Notes: generated by a model not told the origin, from the letters alone. Positions 40,149 to 51,128 are shown, counted from the stretch's first letter. The stretch: 64,000 nucleotides of DNA from Candidatus Daviesbacteria bacterium (GCA_016183305.1 JACPEW010000006.1:2317-66316); one strand, 5' to 3'. Numbers and translations are program-made.

Positions 40149-41186
40149 TTAATCCTCCCTTAGAGCTAACCCTGCTGCAACTGAATAAAAGGAAGCATCC
40201 TGCGCCAGCTTTGGAGCCATAGCTTTATCTTTAATAATTGAAAACCAAGGATCAGCTTCTTGTACTTCTAGTCCTAACATATTAGCAAGATAAATCACCA
40301 AACCAGGCATTTTTGCTCCTCCTCCTGACAAAACAACCCTTTTGATGGGACTTTGAGGATATTTGGTAGCAAAAGCCTGAATTACTCTTTTACCTTCACC
40401 GGCAATAATATCCATTACTGGCTTTAAAGCTTCAAACACTTTTCCTTCCAGTTGATCTTCCAGTAATCCATAAATTTTTTTATATTGCTCTGCCTGATTT
40501 ACTTCAAAATTAAAATGTTGGGCCAAAGAACGGGTTAAAACCATGCCTCCAGTGGAAATTGAACGGGTAAACCAAATTAATCCTTTTGAGACAGCAGCAA
40601 AATCAGTAGTCTGCGCCCCAAGCTGCATAATTAAAGTACTAGGAGAGAAGGGATTACTTCCAACCAAAGATCTTGCAACTGCAATTATTTCTGTTTCTAA
40701 AGCTTTAGGCCTTAGTCCGGCTAATTCTAATACTCTCATATACTTTGCTACCTCATGTTTAGGAGAAGCAATAACTAGCACTACTGTTTTTGTATCTTTA
40801 CCCCTAGTTTCAGATCTTACTAATACCTGCCAGTTTAAATTAACATCCAGTAAAGGCATTGGTATAAATTCCTCTGCAGCATAACGGATTGCAGACGAAA
40901 GCTCATCATCAGTAAGATATGGTAAATCATCAATTACTCTAGTAAAAACCTTTGATTCAGGCAAGGCCATAATTACTTCTTTTTCATTAATTCCAGTTGC
41001 CTGCAATAGTCTTTTAATAGCATTTGCCAGATTTTCTAAATCCTCCTCAGTATCTGAAACGATTCCAGGCCGGGGAGAGGGAATTGAACCTAAAGAATTA
41101 ATCTTAAAATGATCTCCCTCTTTTGAGAGTGACACAACTTTAATTGAAGAAAAACCAATATCTAAGCCAACAGTAGTTTTGGACAT
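40149..41186 (-). CDS. pilM: type IV pilus assembly protein PilM
   Basis: VGLDIG..SIKVV, LSGGGA, AGLALR. Confidence 0.92.
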   Translation of the reverse strand: MSKTTVGLDIGFSSIKVVSLSKEGDHFKINSLGSIPSPRPGIVSDTEEDLENLANAIKRLLQATGINEKEVIMALPESKVFTRVIDDLPYLTDDELSSAIRYAAEEFIPMPLLDVNLNWQVLVRSETRGKDTKTVVLVIASPKHEVAKYMRVLELAGLRPKALETEIIAVARSLVGSNPFSPSTLIMQLGAQTTDFAAVSKGLIWFTRSISTGGMVLTRSLAQHFNFEVNQAEQYKKIYGLLEDQLEGKVFEALKPVMDIIAGEGKRVIQAFATKYPQSPIKRVVLSGGGAKMPGLVIYLANMLGLEVQEADPWFSIIKDKAMAPKLAQDASFYSVAAGLALRED

Positions 41187-41300
41187 TATATCTATTGTAA
41201 CCACAAATGAATTTAAAATTCAAAATGCAAAATTCAAAATTACAATTTAAAAGTTAAGAGTGTTAAAAACTTTTGAATTTTGACTTGTATTTTTGACTTT

Positions 41301-43079
41301 TTACTTAACTTGATAAGTTCCTTTGACTAAAGAATATGATCCAGAAGGACCTGAAGAGAAAAAGGTTGAAGCAAAGCCAGATTGATAATTTAAAATTGCC
41401 GAAGTACCTAAATTAATCCCCCAAGCTGTAATTTCTCTAAAAGCTGCCCCGTTGGCCAATTCAACTTTTCCTAAAGGCGCATACAAAATACCGCTAATTG
41501 ATGAGTTGCCAATTGTAATAGCAGCATCTCCATTGATAATAGAACTATATAGTACTAGCAACATTAAATAACTTCCCTTTGTTCCTGAACCTAAAATGTC
41601 TGCCCCATTGCCCAAAACTGTTTTACCGTCAACAATAATCACTCCTGAGGCAGGACCAAAATCCTGGTCAAGAATTAATTTAGTGCTGTTGCCTGTATTG
41701 AGAGTTCCAGTAATCCATACAGGAGCAATCACTTTGGTATTACAACTATTTCCTAATAAAACATCACCATTTATCTTTCCAGGCCCAAGGGTAGCCACAC
41801 AACCGCTAATACTCCCGCCAGATCCTGCTGCCTCTGCTTGATTTTTCCAATCAGTCATATTTGCTTCAGAAATGGGAAACACAGTTGGGGCAGGATCGGC
41901 AGAACCTGGATATTTAGTTCCTGAAACTACCACAGAAGGCCCTAAATTCTGGTAATATGCATCTTTGGTAATAGTCATATTACCTTCAATCATATTAGCA
42001 TGAACATCTCCGGAAACTACCGAACCATTGCCTAAATTAAGCAATGTAGCAGCACCACCCAAAAAAGTCCTAAAACCTAAATCTCCTAAAATATCTGTCC
42101 ATGCAGAATCACCTGTTTGCCAATCAGAAGACCACTTAGGCCCTCCTTGAGGATACCCTTGGGCAAAATCATTTGACCATGACCAGTAATTAGCAGCATC
42201 TAATGATTGAGTATGAACCATAATCCAATAGATAGTATTTCCTTCAAGAGTAGGTGTAGTATCAAAAGTAATATCTATAAAACCATACTCTTCCGTAACT
42301 AAATTAGCAGATAAAGTCCCTGTTGCTAAAACGTTGTTTTTGTTAGGTTTACCATTTGCATCAGTCATAATTCTAACTGTTGGATTAGTGGGTAGACCAA
42401 ATTTTTTAAATTTTAAGGAAACTTTATTTAAAACTCCAGAAGTCGTTGGCTTAAAGCTCTGAGCAATATCTTGCCTATTCTCTCCGCTTACTGCTTTACC
42501 AAAAATATAATCCTGACAATTTAGTTGGTTGCAATCACTTTCCACATCAGCACTTGCCTGAGCAGCTCCAGCTATCCAAACATCACCTATAAAAGTGGCA
42601 TTATTTCCTCCTGTAATATTGCCATTAGAATAAATTGATCCATTAAAAATAGCTCCTGTGCCCATATTAATCCCGCCTTCCCCAACTTGCAGACCATAAA
42701 CAAAAGAAATACCTGCCCCTTTTGAAGCTTTTATGGTAACTGTCCTCTTTGTTCTTGGGTTTGTTTTAGCTGGAATATAGCCTGTGGCTTGTAAAATTTT
42801 AGTAGAAGCATCCTTGTCTGTTATGGTAACTGAGTAAGAGCCTGCCCCGTAGGAAGTTTCAGCCTCTCCGTTATAACTCCCGCCAGTCTTATTTAAAGAA
42901 GTTAAGGCTTTATCTACCCCTGCTTCTGCCAAAGCAAGAGCTTTTTCTACGTCTACAGAATATTGGGCATTTTGGAAATAAAGCTGGGCTGCTCCTATCA
43001 CAAACAAAACAGTAAAAAGCACAACTCCCAGAGCCACAACCGTTAAAAGCAATATTTGCCCTTTTTGATTTTTAATCAT
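41301..43079 (-). CDS. large PilX-like minor pilin / tip protein
   Basis: KG/QILLL prepilin site, ALAEAG, long beta-rich C-terminus. Confidence 0.75.
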   Translation of the reverse strand: MIKNQKGQILLLTVVALGVVLFTVLFVIGAAQLYFQNAQYSVDVEKALALAEAGVDKALTSLNKTGGSYNGEAETSYGAGSYSVTITDKDASTKILQATGYIPAKTNPRTKRTVTIKASKGAGISFVYGLQVGEGGINMGTGAIFNGSIYSNGNITGGNNATFIGDVWIAGAAQASADVESDCNQLNCQDYIFGKAVSGENRQDIAQSFKPTTSGVLNKVSLKFKKFGLPTNPTVRIMTDANGKPNKNNVLATGTLSANLVTEEYGFIDITFDTTPTLEGNTIYWIMVHTQSLDAANYWSWSNDFAQGYPQGGPKWSSDWQTGDSAWTDILGDLGFRTFLGGAATLLNLGNGSVVSGDVHANMIEGNMTITKDAYYQNLGPSVVVSGTKYPGSADPAPTVFPISEANMTDWKNQAEAAGSGGSISGCVATLGPGKINGDVLLGNSCNTKVIAPVWITGTLNTGNSTKLILDQDFGPASGVIIVDGKTVLGNGADILGSGTKGSYLMLLVLYSSIINGDAAITIGNSSISGILYAPLGKVELANGAAFREITAWGINLGTSAILNYQSGFASTFFSSGPSGSYSLVKGTYQVK

Positions 43080-43617
43080 TTCTTAAATTTGCTTCTGCCG
43101 TAGCAATATTAGACTGCAAAACCAAAGTAATTTTGACTTTATTGGCATCTTGCGGGTCAACTTCAGTTGGGGGGGAGGAGGCAAGATACTTAAAAACCAA
43201 GCTATTAATATCTTTCAATAAAATCCTGTCTGCTGGTTTCCGGAAGCTTGAAGGATCAGGAAAAATTTTAAAACGGAGGAAGCCTTGGTCGAAGAAAAAA
43301 ACAAAATAATCAGTACTGTTTTCAATAAGATTATTTGATGAATCTATTGACGCAGCTTGTAATACCAGTTGGTTAACTCCTGAAGTATAGGCAGTTGAAC
43401 CATCTATATATTGATTTGAGACTGCGCCCGCTTGTTTAGTAGTGTTTCTTACCAGCGATAAGGCATCATTGATATTTAAGCCTTCCTGTACTTTAGGCAG
43501 TTGGTTGGAAAACAATCCTGCACTGTTAACAATAATTACTATCAACATTGCTCCTGTTACAGTAGCAATTCCCATCGCCACTAAAACCTCTATTAATGTC
43601 AGTCCATAATTTTGCAC
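43072..43617 (-). CDS. minor pilin
   Basis: G/LTLIE prepilin motif. Confidence 0.85.
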   Translation of the reverse strand: MQNYGLTLIEVLVAMGIATVTGAMLIVIIVNSAGLFSNQLPKVQEGLNINDALSLVRNTTKQAGAVSNQYIDGSTAYTSGVNQLVLQAASIDSSNNLIENSTDYFVFFFDQGFLRFKIFPDPSSFRKPADRILLKDINSLVFKYLASSPPTEVDPQDANKVKITLVLQSNIATAEANLRND

Positions 43618-43619
43618 TT

Positions 43620-44015
43620 TTATTGGTTTATCCCTCCTTCACCAATCATGGTTTTTAAATTAATTTTTTGGGGTTTATTATTATCTAACCAAGATACCTC
43701 AACTGTAACTTGTTTTACTCTCTCTGAGTTAGTGCAAACTGCTGGATCGCAGTCTTCAACCACTACTGTCCCGATTGCTTGGGGCAGTAAACTTAAACGG
43801 GAATCAGAAATAGGGGAGTTATCGTTGGCTAAGTTCTCAAAGCTTAAAGCCCTTTTATCTTCAATCTGCTTAACTGCTATCTCGCGGGCCAAAGAGGCAT
43901 GCCCGCTTTTTCCAATCAGCATCATAGCATTAGGGATATTAGCAATCAAAAATACAATTGAACCAATTATGACTACAACCAAAAGGGTCTCAATTAGAGA
44001 AAAGCCTTTTTCCAT
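43620..44015 (-). CDS. minor pilin (PilV-like)
   Basis: G/FSLIE. Confidence 0.85.
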   Translation of the reverse strand: MEKGFSLIETLLVVVIIGSIVFLIANIPNAMMLIGKSGHASLAREIAVKQIEDKRALSFENLANDNSPISDSRLSLLPQAIGTVVVEDCDPAVCTNSERVKQVTVEVSWLDNNKPQKINLKTMIGEGGINQ

Positions 44016-44905
44016 TATTCTTTATTGATCTCTCCAGCAGAAAAAATAGCATAATCAAAAAAAGGAGGAACTACTTTATCTATTTGAAATAATTTTATTT
44101 TTCTCTGCGTTGCCCCTGCTGTTCCAGTGGCAATTAATGTCCTTGCTTGCGGTGGGATAGAACAATCTAAACCACAATTTCCAACAGCCTGAACTGCAAA
44201 AGGCTGGGAGGTTGCATTGTAAAGCAACCTTGCCCTAAGAAGCATTAAACCAGAAGGCAATAAACCATCTGGATCCGCAATTCCACTATTAGTCCCTCCA
44301 ATTGTATACATGCATTGATATATATTGGAACCAATAGTAAAACCCCCACAGCTTGCATTGGTGTCAAAATTATTAGCTGGAGTTCTTGCAGTCTGGTCTA
44401 AATACCATTTTCTACTTTTGTATTTTGTTCCATCATAATAAACTAAGGTTAGCTCTAAAGCAGCTTGGTCCGTAGCAGAATTCCCCCAATAAACGTCAAG
44501 TGTGTCTTTTGTATAAACTGCAGGCGGAGGATTAGAAGTTAAAGCATAATTTGCAAACCAAACATGAATAACTTCTTCTTTAGCCAAAAGAGAATACTCA
44601 AAAGGTGCTTGTCTAACTACACTACCTTGAAGACAATCAGTAGAGCCTGGCACACAAGGTATTTTGTCGCCACCTAAAACTTCAGCTATTGAACCATTAT
44701 CTGCAAAATTTATAGTGCCTGTGCCTCCGCTTAGCTTATTTTCTATTCCTGCTTCTGCTGCAGAAAAAGCCCTGGAGGATTGTTCTAATTTGGTGGCAGT
44801 AGATACATCAGATAATGAGCGTTGAATGACTGATAAACCGATAGCTAAAGCTACAATCATCACTAAAATTAAGATTAAAATAACCTGGCCTTTTTGATTA
44901 TTCAT
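44015..44905 (-). CDS. PilX-like minor pilin
   Basis: KG/QVILI, AFSAAEAGIE. Confidence 0.8.
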   Translation of the reverse strand: MNNQKGQVILILILVMIVALAIGLSVIQRSLSDVSTATKLEQSSRAFSAAEAGIENKLSGGTGTINFADNGSIAEVLGGDKIPCVPGSTDCLQGSVVRQAPFEYSLLAKEEVIHVWFANYALTSNPPPAVYTKDTLDVYWGNSATDQAALELTLVYYDGTKYKSRKWYLDQTARTPANNFDTNASCGGFTIGSNIYQCMYTIGGTNSGIADPDGLLPSGLMLLRARLLYNATSQPFAVQAVGNCGLDCSIPPQARTLIATGTAGATQRKIKLFQIDKVVPPFFDYAIFSAGEINKE

Positions 44906-44910
44906 ATACT

Positions 44911-45540
44911 TTATCTTAACCCAATTGTTGTCTCAAAAGAAACAGGATCTATCTGACTTGAGAGTACTGCAGGAGCTCCAATAGCAGGACTCAAGTTAAA
45001 CTTAATAGTAATACTATCTTTGAAACCTGGCTCTGGCTGTGGAATCCTGGTAAAAAATCCACTGCTACTGACTGATACACCTGTCTGGGTATTTGTATCA
45101 GTCAAAACTTTTGGACTAACTAGAGGGTCTGCATCTGGACATACAGCGTTTAAAAAAGCTGGTGTATTTCTGGGGGAAGGAGCAGGTGAGTTTTGAATAC
45201 AGGGTGAGGGTGTGTTTGGATCAGGTTGAGGATGATCTTGTTGAATTTGACCATTCCGGGTCGAGTTTTGCTCCACAAATCTATATCTGGTATAACATCC
45301 ATCCTTTTCAATTAATAGCGTCTTAAAAGAAACACACACTACATTATCAGCTCCTCTGATAGTTTTATCCATATTTTCCAATACTGCCTGACCATTTTGT
45401 TTGATATTTGCTAAAATTTGTGATTTGTTGCTTCCTCTTAGGGTATTAGTAAAAATTGTTACCAATACTGTCCCTATAACAGCTGTAATAGCCATCACCA
45501 CCAGTATTTCAGCTAATGTAAACCCAGCGCTACTTTTCAT
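44911..45540 (-). CDS. minor pilin (PilW-like)
   Basis: G/FTLAE. Confidence 0.85.
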   Translation of the reverse strand: MKSSAGFTLAEILVVMAITAVIGTVLVTIFTNTLRGSNKSQILANIKQNGQAVLENMDKTIRGADNVVCVSFKTLLIEKDGCYTRYRFVEQNSTRNGQIQQDHPQPDPNTPSPCIQNSPAPSPRNTPAFLNAVCPDADPLVSPKVLTDTNTQTGVSVSSSGFFTRIPQPEPGFKDSITIKFNLSPAIGAPAVLSSQIDPVSFETTIGLR

Positions 45541-46091
45541 AATTTCCTTAATATTGTCGTTAACCTTGATTCATGTGGTCCAGCAAAATCAGTCCATCTG
45601 ACAAGTACAGTAACTTTTTTTTCGGTAGAGTAAGTAGAGGCATCGTCTGATAAGATAATTATTCTCTTGAAAATAGACTGAGGAATTTCTTCAGGCGCAG
45701 ATGGAAAATCTGCATTAGTATCAACAAATTCCAAATTCAGGGAAGTGAAGATAAATTTGAAATAAGCATTACCTCCGCTACCATAACTATCATGTATCTT
45801 GCAATTCCAAATCGGCGAACCGCTATCGCTACCATCCCAAGAATTTACAGCATTTCCACTTGTAGGACAATCCGTTGTACTAACCAAATTTATTTGCACA
45901 TTCTTATCTCTTCCACTTCTCACTCTTTCTATTCCTTCCTGGGCTAATTTGGTAGCCTGGGCAGAATTTTTAGCAAATTGGGCATTCCTTAAAGAGAAAA
46001 TAGTGGCGAAAACCAAAGCTGTTACCACTAAAATCCCTACAGTCATAGCAATAATTACTTCTAAAAGGGACTGTCCTCTCTCATGGTTCAT
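45537..46091 (-). CDS. minor pilin (PilV-like)
   Basis: G/QSLLE, AQEGIE. Confidence 0.85.
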   Translation of the reverse strand: MNHERGQSLLEVIIAMTVGILVVTALVFATIFSLRNAQFAKNSAQATKLAQEGIERVRSGRDKNVQINLVSTTDCPTSGNAVNSWDGSDSGSPIWNCKIHDSYGSGGNAYFKFIFTSLNLEFVDTNADFPSAPEEIPQSIFKRIIILSDDASTYSTEKKVTVLVRWTDFAGPHESRLTTILRKL

Positions 46092-46615
46092 AAATCCTGT
46101 GGTTCATAAATCCTGCCTCCTGGTTCTACCTTTATTTGTTTTGTTCCGTCTGTCTTAGAATTAGTTAGAGTGACTTCTAAAGCTTTTGAGTTACAGTTAG
46201 ATGTCATAGTTCCATAAAGGGGAGTAAATGTTACTTTAGTGCCAGAAGGACAGCTTGATATACCTGAGGTAAAACTTGCAACAGAGATGCTGCCACTGCT
46301 AGGAAGAATTACAGCCTTAAGGGAATTACTGGTACCAGAACTATATTCACATTTTAAATCAAATCTTGTTTCAATTGTGCTATTTGTATATTCAACTAAC
46401 CAACTCAAGTTAGCAGCATTCTGGCACTTTAGGTTTGAAGTGGAATTAGCTTGGGCTTGCCTAAGCAGGCTTTGTATATCTAAAGATGCATTTTTTAGTT
46501 TTTGATCTTCCCCAAAAGAGCTATACTTAGATAAAGCATAAGTAGACAGTAAAGCTATTATGGTTACTACAATTAAAAGCTCAACAAGAGTAAACCCTAA
46601 GGCAGACCTTCGCAT
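46088..46615 (-). CDS. minor pilin (FimU/GspH-like)
   Basis: G/FTLVE, LRQAQ. Confidence 0.85.
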   Translation of the reverse strand: MRRSALGFTLVELLIVVTIIALLSTYALSKYSSFGEDQKLKNASLDIQSLLRQAQANSTSNLKCQNAANLSWLVEYTNSTIETRFDLKCEYSSGTSNSLKAVILPSSGSISVASFTSGISSCPSGTKVTFTPLYGTMTSNCNSKALEVTLTNSKTDGTKQIKVEPGGRIYEPQDL

Positions 46616-46625
46616 CTTATCCTAA

Positions 46626-46656
46626 TTGTACATTGTACATTGTACATTGTACATTG
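46626..46656. repeat. TTGTACA heptamer tandem repeat
   Basis: About four perfect units. Confidence 0.9.
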
Positions 46657-46657
46657 C

Positions 46658-47107
46658 TTATGGAGGAGTAACAGCAAAATTATAAGTTGCATTAGTACAA
46701 ACAGCAGGTTTATTAGCTCCATTAGTTCTATCTAACCCAGCATAAAGGCAATAACTGATACCTGAAGGCACATATAGATACGGAGCGTGGGGACTAGGTA
46801 AAGGCTCTGCTGGCACTTCATTCATATATACTTTAGGGCTTGGACTAGGATTAGGATTACCTGTATTACTAGTAAGAGAATTTCCACTCCCAAAAACAAG
46901 AGGACTAGGTGTAGCAGCCGGATAAAAACCCTGATCATGATTATATTGTTCCAAAGCTGACTGGATTGACCTTAAATCACTCTGTCTCTTAGAATCCCTG
47001 CCTTGTTGTAAAACTTCAGTATAAACAATGAGCCCAATAGTAGATAAAATAGCAATAATGCTGATAGTTATTAACAACTCAATTAAGGTAAATCCTTTTG
47101 TCTTCAT
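46658..47107 (-). CDS. pilin
   Basis: G/FTLIE, RDSKRQSDL. Confidence 0.9.
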   Translation of the reverse strand: MKTKGFTLIELLITISIIAILSTIGLIVYTEVLQQGRDSKRQSDLRSIQSALEQYNHDQGFYPAATPSPLVFGSGNSLTSNTGNPNPSPSPKVYMNEVPAEPLPSPHAPYLYVPSGISYCLYAGLDRTNGANKPAVCTNATYNFAVTPP

Positions 47108-47249
47108 TGTCTCCTTTTAATTTGGGTTGTATATTTTATATCACTAAATGCTTCTGAAGGACACGCCATAACACCGATAAGATGAGTAAACGATGAACCT
47201 CCTGTTGTTGAACTATAAACCGGAACATTAAGGGTCCAGCAATAGTCTT

Positions 47250-47345
47250 GATCAGGGCATGAGTCAAATAACATCTGTTTTACTTTGGGAGGATTGTTTG
47301 CAATGATTGTTGCCAGTTTCTAAAGTAACACAAATTTGAAAACCG
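47250..47345 (-). pseudogene. pilin C-terminal remnant
   Basis: FQICVTLETGNNHCKQSSQ resembles the C-termini of neighbouring pilins. Confidence 0.4.
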
Positions 47346-47422
47346 GTATTATCATCATTCCATTCAATACCATAATCTCCTCTTTTCTTTAAAGAACTTA
47401 TTTGGTGAAAGGCTGACCCAAA

Positions 47423-48508
47423 TTAGGATATACAACCATCATCGCTATCATATAAGGCTTTAACTTGAGAGGGAGTAAGGGCTTTAGTGTAAACGCGGAC
47501 ATCATCAATCAATCCTGGAAAACTAGTAATTTTATTACTACCACTTGAAGATTGAGCCCCAATCTTTGCATCATTCATAGTACCAGTCATACTAGAAGTA
47601 TATTCTTTAATTTCCTTTAGTCCGCCGTTAAGATAACCGTACATCCTCCCACTAGAATTCCAGGTCATCACCAGATGATACCATTTATTTAAATCACTAG
47701 CACCAAGTGTTATTAAAGTAATACTACCACCGGCGGTTCCTCTAACTACTCTAAACTCACTCTTGTGATATTGAATATAGAACCTGTTCTCACTACCCCC
47801 GGGTCCTATGGCTTGGAAAACATATCTATTTGCAATTGCATCGCCTGAAGCATTTGGCTTAGCCCAGGCAGAGATTGTTCCTGACCTATCATCCATGTCA
47901 TCTGCTACTCTGCTTACATCAATGTAATCATCACTACCATCAAAACTGCCTGCCCGCACAAACTTAGCATCAGCAGTTGTAGTAGCTTCATTTTTATATA
48001 TACCATCATTATGATTATTTGAGGAATCCGTAGCATCAGCACTATTTACTGCTTCATCCAGTTTCCAGTGGCCAACCAGCCCGTTATTTGCAAAGGAAGT
48101 GCAGGAGGAATAATCAGGTGTTGTCTGGTTTGAAGCAGCAGCATAATAAGTCCCGTCAGGTAATCTAGCTGATACCTGATACTCCTTAGTACTTATATTA
48201 TCACAATTTTCAGGTCCTATTGTACAAACATAAGGATTGCCGTCAGGCTGGACAGGGATTTTACCGGAGGCAAAATCAGTATCCCTTAATTTTTGATAAC
48301 CTCCCTGGCCGGAATTTAGAGAAGGATCGAATTTTTGCTCATAAACTTTCCTGATAGCATCTATGTCTGCTTTCATCTTAGCTTGTAAAGCCTGATTCCT
48401 GACATTTTTAAAGGACACAAAACCAACTACAGATAAAATAGTAATAATAACAACTGCAACCAGAAGTTCAACCAGGGTAAAACCATTTCTTTTTTTAAAG
48501 CAGGCCAT
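47423..48508 (-). CDS. pilin fused to a LamG/ConA-like lectin domain
   Basis: G/FTLVE; GLVGHWKLDE, WYHLVMTW, FPGLIDDVRVY. Confidence 0.88.
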   Translation of the reverse strand: MACFKKRNGFTLVELLVAVVIITILSVVGFVSFKNVRNQALQAKMKADIDAIRKVYEQKFDPSLNSGQGGYQKLRDTDFASGKIPVQPDGNPYVCTIGPENCDNISTKEYQVSARLPDGTYYAAASNQTTPDYSSCTSFANNGLVGHWKLDEAVNSADATDSSNNHNDGIYKNEATTTADAKFVRAGSFDGSDDYIDVSRVADDMDDRSGTISAWAKPNASGDAIANRYVFQAIGPGGSENRFYIQYHKSEFRVVRGTAGGSITLITLGASDLNKWYHLVMTWNSSGRMYGYLNGGLKEIKEYTSSMTGTMNDAKIGAQSSSGSNKITSFPGLIDDVRVYTKALTPSQVKALYDSDDGCIS

Positions 48509-48522
48509 ACTTATTTGTAGAT

Positions 48523-49035
48523 TTATTGAGCACTATTTCTGCAGTAAACACCACTAGAAGCCTCTAACTTGGCACACAGTTTCCAAGATTTTATCACATT
48601 GACACTGGCTGGCCAATTTGTACTTATAAAACCTCCGCCCTCTGTAGCTGGATACCAAACTGTATATTCACCTGTTACTGCTGTGCCATCAGGACATCCT
48701 GATTGATTAAATGCATTGGTTGGATTAGGGTCAGCTTTCGCGCCACCATCAGTCATATAAAGCTTGATACAATATTTAGCATCTGTAGTATCTGCCGGAA
48801 TAGAACCGCTGCTAAAACTTGTATTTACTAAAGGTGAATAATTAATAGTTCCTGCTTGCTTTTTAGTCTCCAGTGCAACTGCTATAGCATCAATATCATT
48901 TTTCCTTCGTGCATCTCTGGCACTCTGTTGCGCTCCAGTAAAAAGCGCCAATCCAATGACTGATAAAATTGCAATTATAGCAATTACTACCAATAGTTCA
49001 ACTAAAGTAAACCCTTTATTATTACTCATAATCAC
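48523..49035 (-). CDS. pilin
   Basis: G/FTLVE, ARDARRKND. Confidence 0.9.
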   Translation of the reverse strand: MIMSNNKGFTLVELLVVIAIIAILSVIGLALFTGAQQSARDARRKNDIDAIAVALETKKQAGTINYSPLVNTSFSSGSIPADTTDAKYCIKLYMTDGGAKADPNPTNAFNQSGCPDGTAVTGEYTVWYPATEGGGFISTNWPASVNVIKSWKLCAKLEASSGVYCRNSAQ

Positions 49036-49487
49036 TGTTGACTAGCTCTACAATAATACTCAACTTCAGTATCAGTACTTCCAGGTACACTCAAACCTGT
49101 ATCGCTTGTTGAATTTCCATTCTTAATCTCCAATTTCCCGCATACTACAAATCTATCATTAGCAACATTAGTAGCACTAGCAACACTATACGTTACTTTA
49201 TAAGTATAAAAAGATGATGAAGAAGGATCCGTTGGCACACTATTATTAGCAAACATAGACGCTGTAACAGGATTCTTATAAGTACCACTAAGCGCACTTC
49301 GGTTTGATTCCAAAGCTGTAGCTATTGATTCAACATCAGCCCTTCTCCTGCCATCCCTTGCTTGTTTCTGAGCATTAGTGAAAGAAACTATTCCTATAAC
49401 AGATAAAAAAGCAATGATGGTTATTACCACCATTAACTCGATAAGAGTAAAACCGGAAGAAGTTTTAAGAACGGGCAGTTTTTTCAT
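49032..49487 (-). CDS. pilin
   Basis: G/FTLIE, ARDGRRRAD. Confidence 0.9.
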   Translation of the reverse strand: MKKLPVLKTSSGFTLIELMVVITIIAFLSVIGIVSFTNAQKQARDGRRRADVESIATALESNRSALSGTYKNPVTASMFANNSVPTDPSSSSFYTYKVTYSVASATNVANDRFVVCGKLEIKNGNSTSDTGLSVPGSTDTEVEYYCRASQQ

Positions 49488-49675
49488 ATTTTTTTCTTAC
49501 TAATCTATTATTTTCATAACTTAAAACACTTGTCAATACCTCAATTTAAATTCAGATTCAAATTAATTCTTTACTGGTTATTAAACCGGCAATAAGCCCC
49601 GGCAGTACTACCATCAGCTTTTGTAAAATCACTTTTAAATTTTGAACTGTAATTTTGCATTTTGAATTTTAATTT

Positions 49676-50569
49676 TTAAATTCTTCCTAATCTCAAATAC
49701 CAGTCAATAATCTCCTGTCCCCAAAACAGCATTATTAAACTTCCTATAACTAAAAATGGCCCAAAAGGAATTACCTGGCCAAAATGTTTTTTGCCAAGCA
49801 AAATTAGTCCTATGGAAAATACAGCACCTATAAAAAATGCTAAAACCACAGCAAATAGGGAAGAGGGAAAGCCTAACATTACCCCCATAAAGCCTCCCAG
49901 CTTTACATCCCCGCCACCCATCCCTTTTCCTTTAGTAATAACTATTAAACTGAAGAAAAACAGGGCAATGCCGGCTCCAGACAGAAGCGCCCATAAAAAG
50001 GGTTCAGCTATGGTTAAGGCATGCCTTTGGAAATATTCATTGTTTGGAGGAAGAAGTAATTTACCTAAAGCTGTCTGAGATAAGTAAAAATAAAGATAAC
50101 CTATTTTAATAATAACTGTTATTAACCCTAAGATAATACCAATAACTATGGAGGGCAAAACAATCCTGTCTGGAATAAACATCTTTTTAAGATCTGTCAA
50201 AAAAAGCACAGCCAAGATAGTAATAAAGAAAATTTTAGTAATAAGTTCAAGTAAAAGAATTAATAATTGAAAATTGAAAATTGAAAATTGAAAATTCTTA
50301 AAGGTTTGCCAGAATAGTAAAGCTATCAGCATTCCCACCACCACCTCTATCACCACATATTCAATGCCTATTTTTTTATGACAATACCTGCATTTACCTT
50401 TGACTAAGATATAGGAAAAAATAGGGAAAAGGTCATACCAGCCTAATATGTGTTTACATTTAGGGCAGTATGACCTTCCCAAAAAAGACCTGTTATACAA
50501 ACTCCGGTCAGCCAGGGCCTTAACAAAACTTCCTAAAACCGTACCCAATAAAAAGCCTGCTAACCACAT
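49676..50569 (-). CDS. pilD: prepilin peptidase
   Basis: RSYCPKC, CRYC, GMGGGDVKL, IPFGPFL. Confidence 0.95.
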   Translation of the reverse strand: MWLAGFLLGTVLGSFVKALADRSLYNRSFLGRSYCPKCKHILGWYDLFPIFSYILVKGKCRYCHKKIGIEYVVIEVVVGMLIALLFWQTFKNFQFSIFNFQLLILLLELITKIFFITILAVLFLTDLKKMFIPDRIVLPSIVIGIILGLITVIIKIGYLYFYLSQTALGKLLLPPNNEYFQRHALTIAEPFLWALLSGAGIALFFFSLIVITKGKGMGGGDVKLGGFMGVMLGFPSSLFAVVLAFFIGAVFSIGLILLGKKHFGQVIPFGPFLVIGSLIMLFWGQEIIDWYLRLGRI

Positions 50570-50573
50570 TATA

Positions 50574-51128
50574 TTAATATGTACAACTCCCGCCTGATGC
50601 AGCAATTAAAGTTAGGTTAGAACCAACCTCATAACGGCCTGTTGTATCAGCGGCAGGTTCATTTCCACCATCAGTGGCCATTTTGCCTTTTTGTTGTTCT
50701 GATTCCAAAACAGTATTAATTTCCCAAGCATCACCATCAGAACAATAAGTATAGTGGTTTGTTGTATCGTTGAGCGGATCAATAGGTAAGGTTGGTACCG
50801 AAACGCTATTTTGCGCAGATAAATTAACCTTTACCCAACCCGTACCACCTGTAGCTCTTGTTCCAGTGTTACTTGACCCACTACATGGTGTAGCTCCACC
50901 TGAACAAAGAATTGCAGCTGCAGAAGCTGTAGCTTCCTGAACTGCCACATTAATAGCTTGTTGCAGATTAGCAAGATCAGTTAACCTCGCTGCATCCCTA
51001 CCTCTTCTGGTAAGCTCCAGCGGGTTAATAATCAAGACCACAACAGCTGCAAGAATTGCAATAATTGCGATAACTACCAAAAGTTCAACAAGAGTAAAAC
51101 CCTTGTGAACCTGAGCAGATTTTTTCAA
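50574..51128 (-). CDS. major type IV pilin
   Basis: G/FTLVELLVV; TTG start with strong SD GAGGGGGTGA. Confidence 0.88.
   Translation of the reverse strand: MKKSAQVHKGFTLVELLVVIAIIAILAAVVVLIINPLELTRRGRDAARLTDLANLQQAINVAVQEATASAAAILCSGGATPCSGSSNTGTRATGGTGWVKVNLSAQNSVSVPTLPIDPLNDTTNHYTYCSDGDAWEINTVLESEQQKGKMATDGGNEPAADTTGRYEVGSNLTLIAASGGSCTY

Noticed and set aside
46084..46115. 16-bp tandem duplication at a pilin gene junction
   Set aside because: A single local duplication with both frames intact; no evidence of function.
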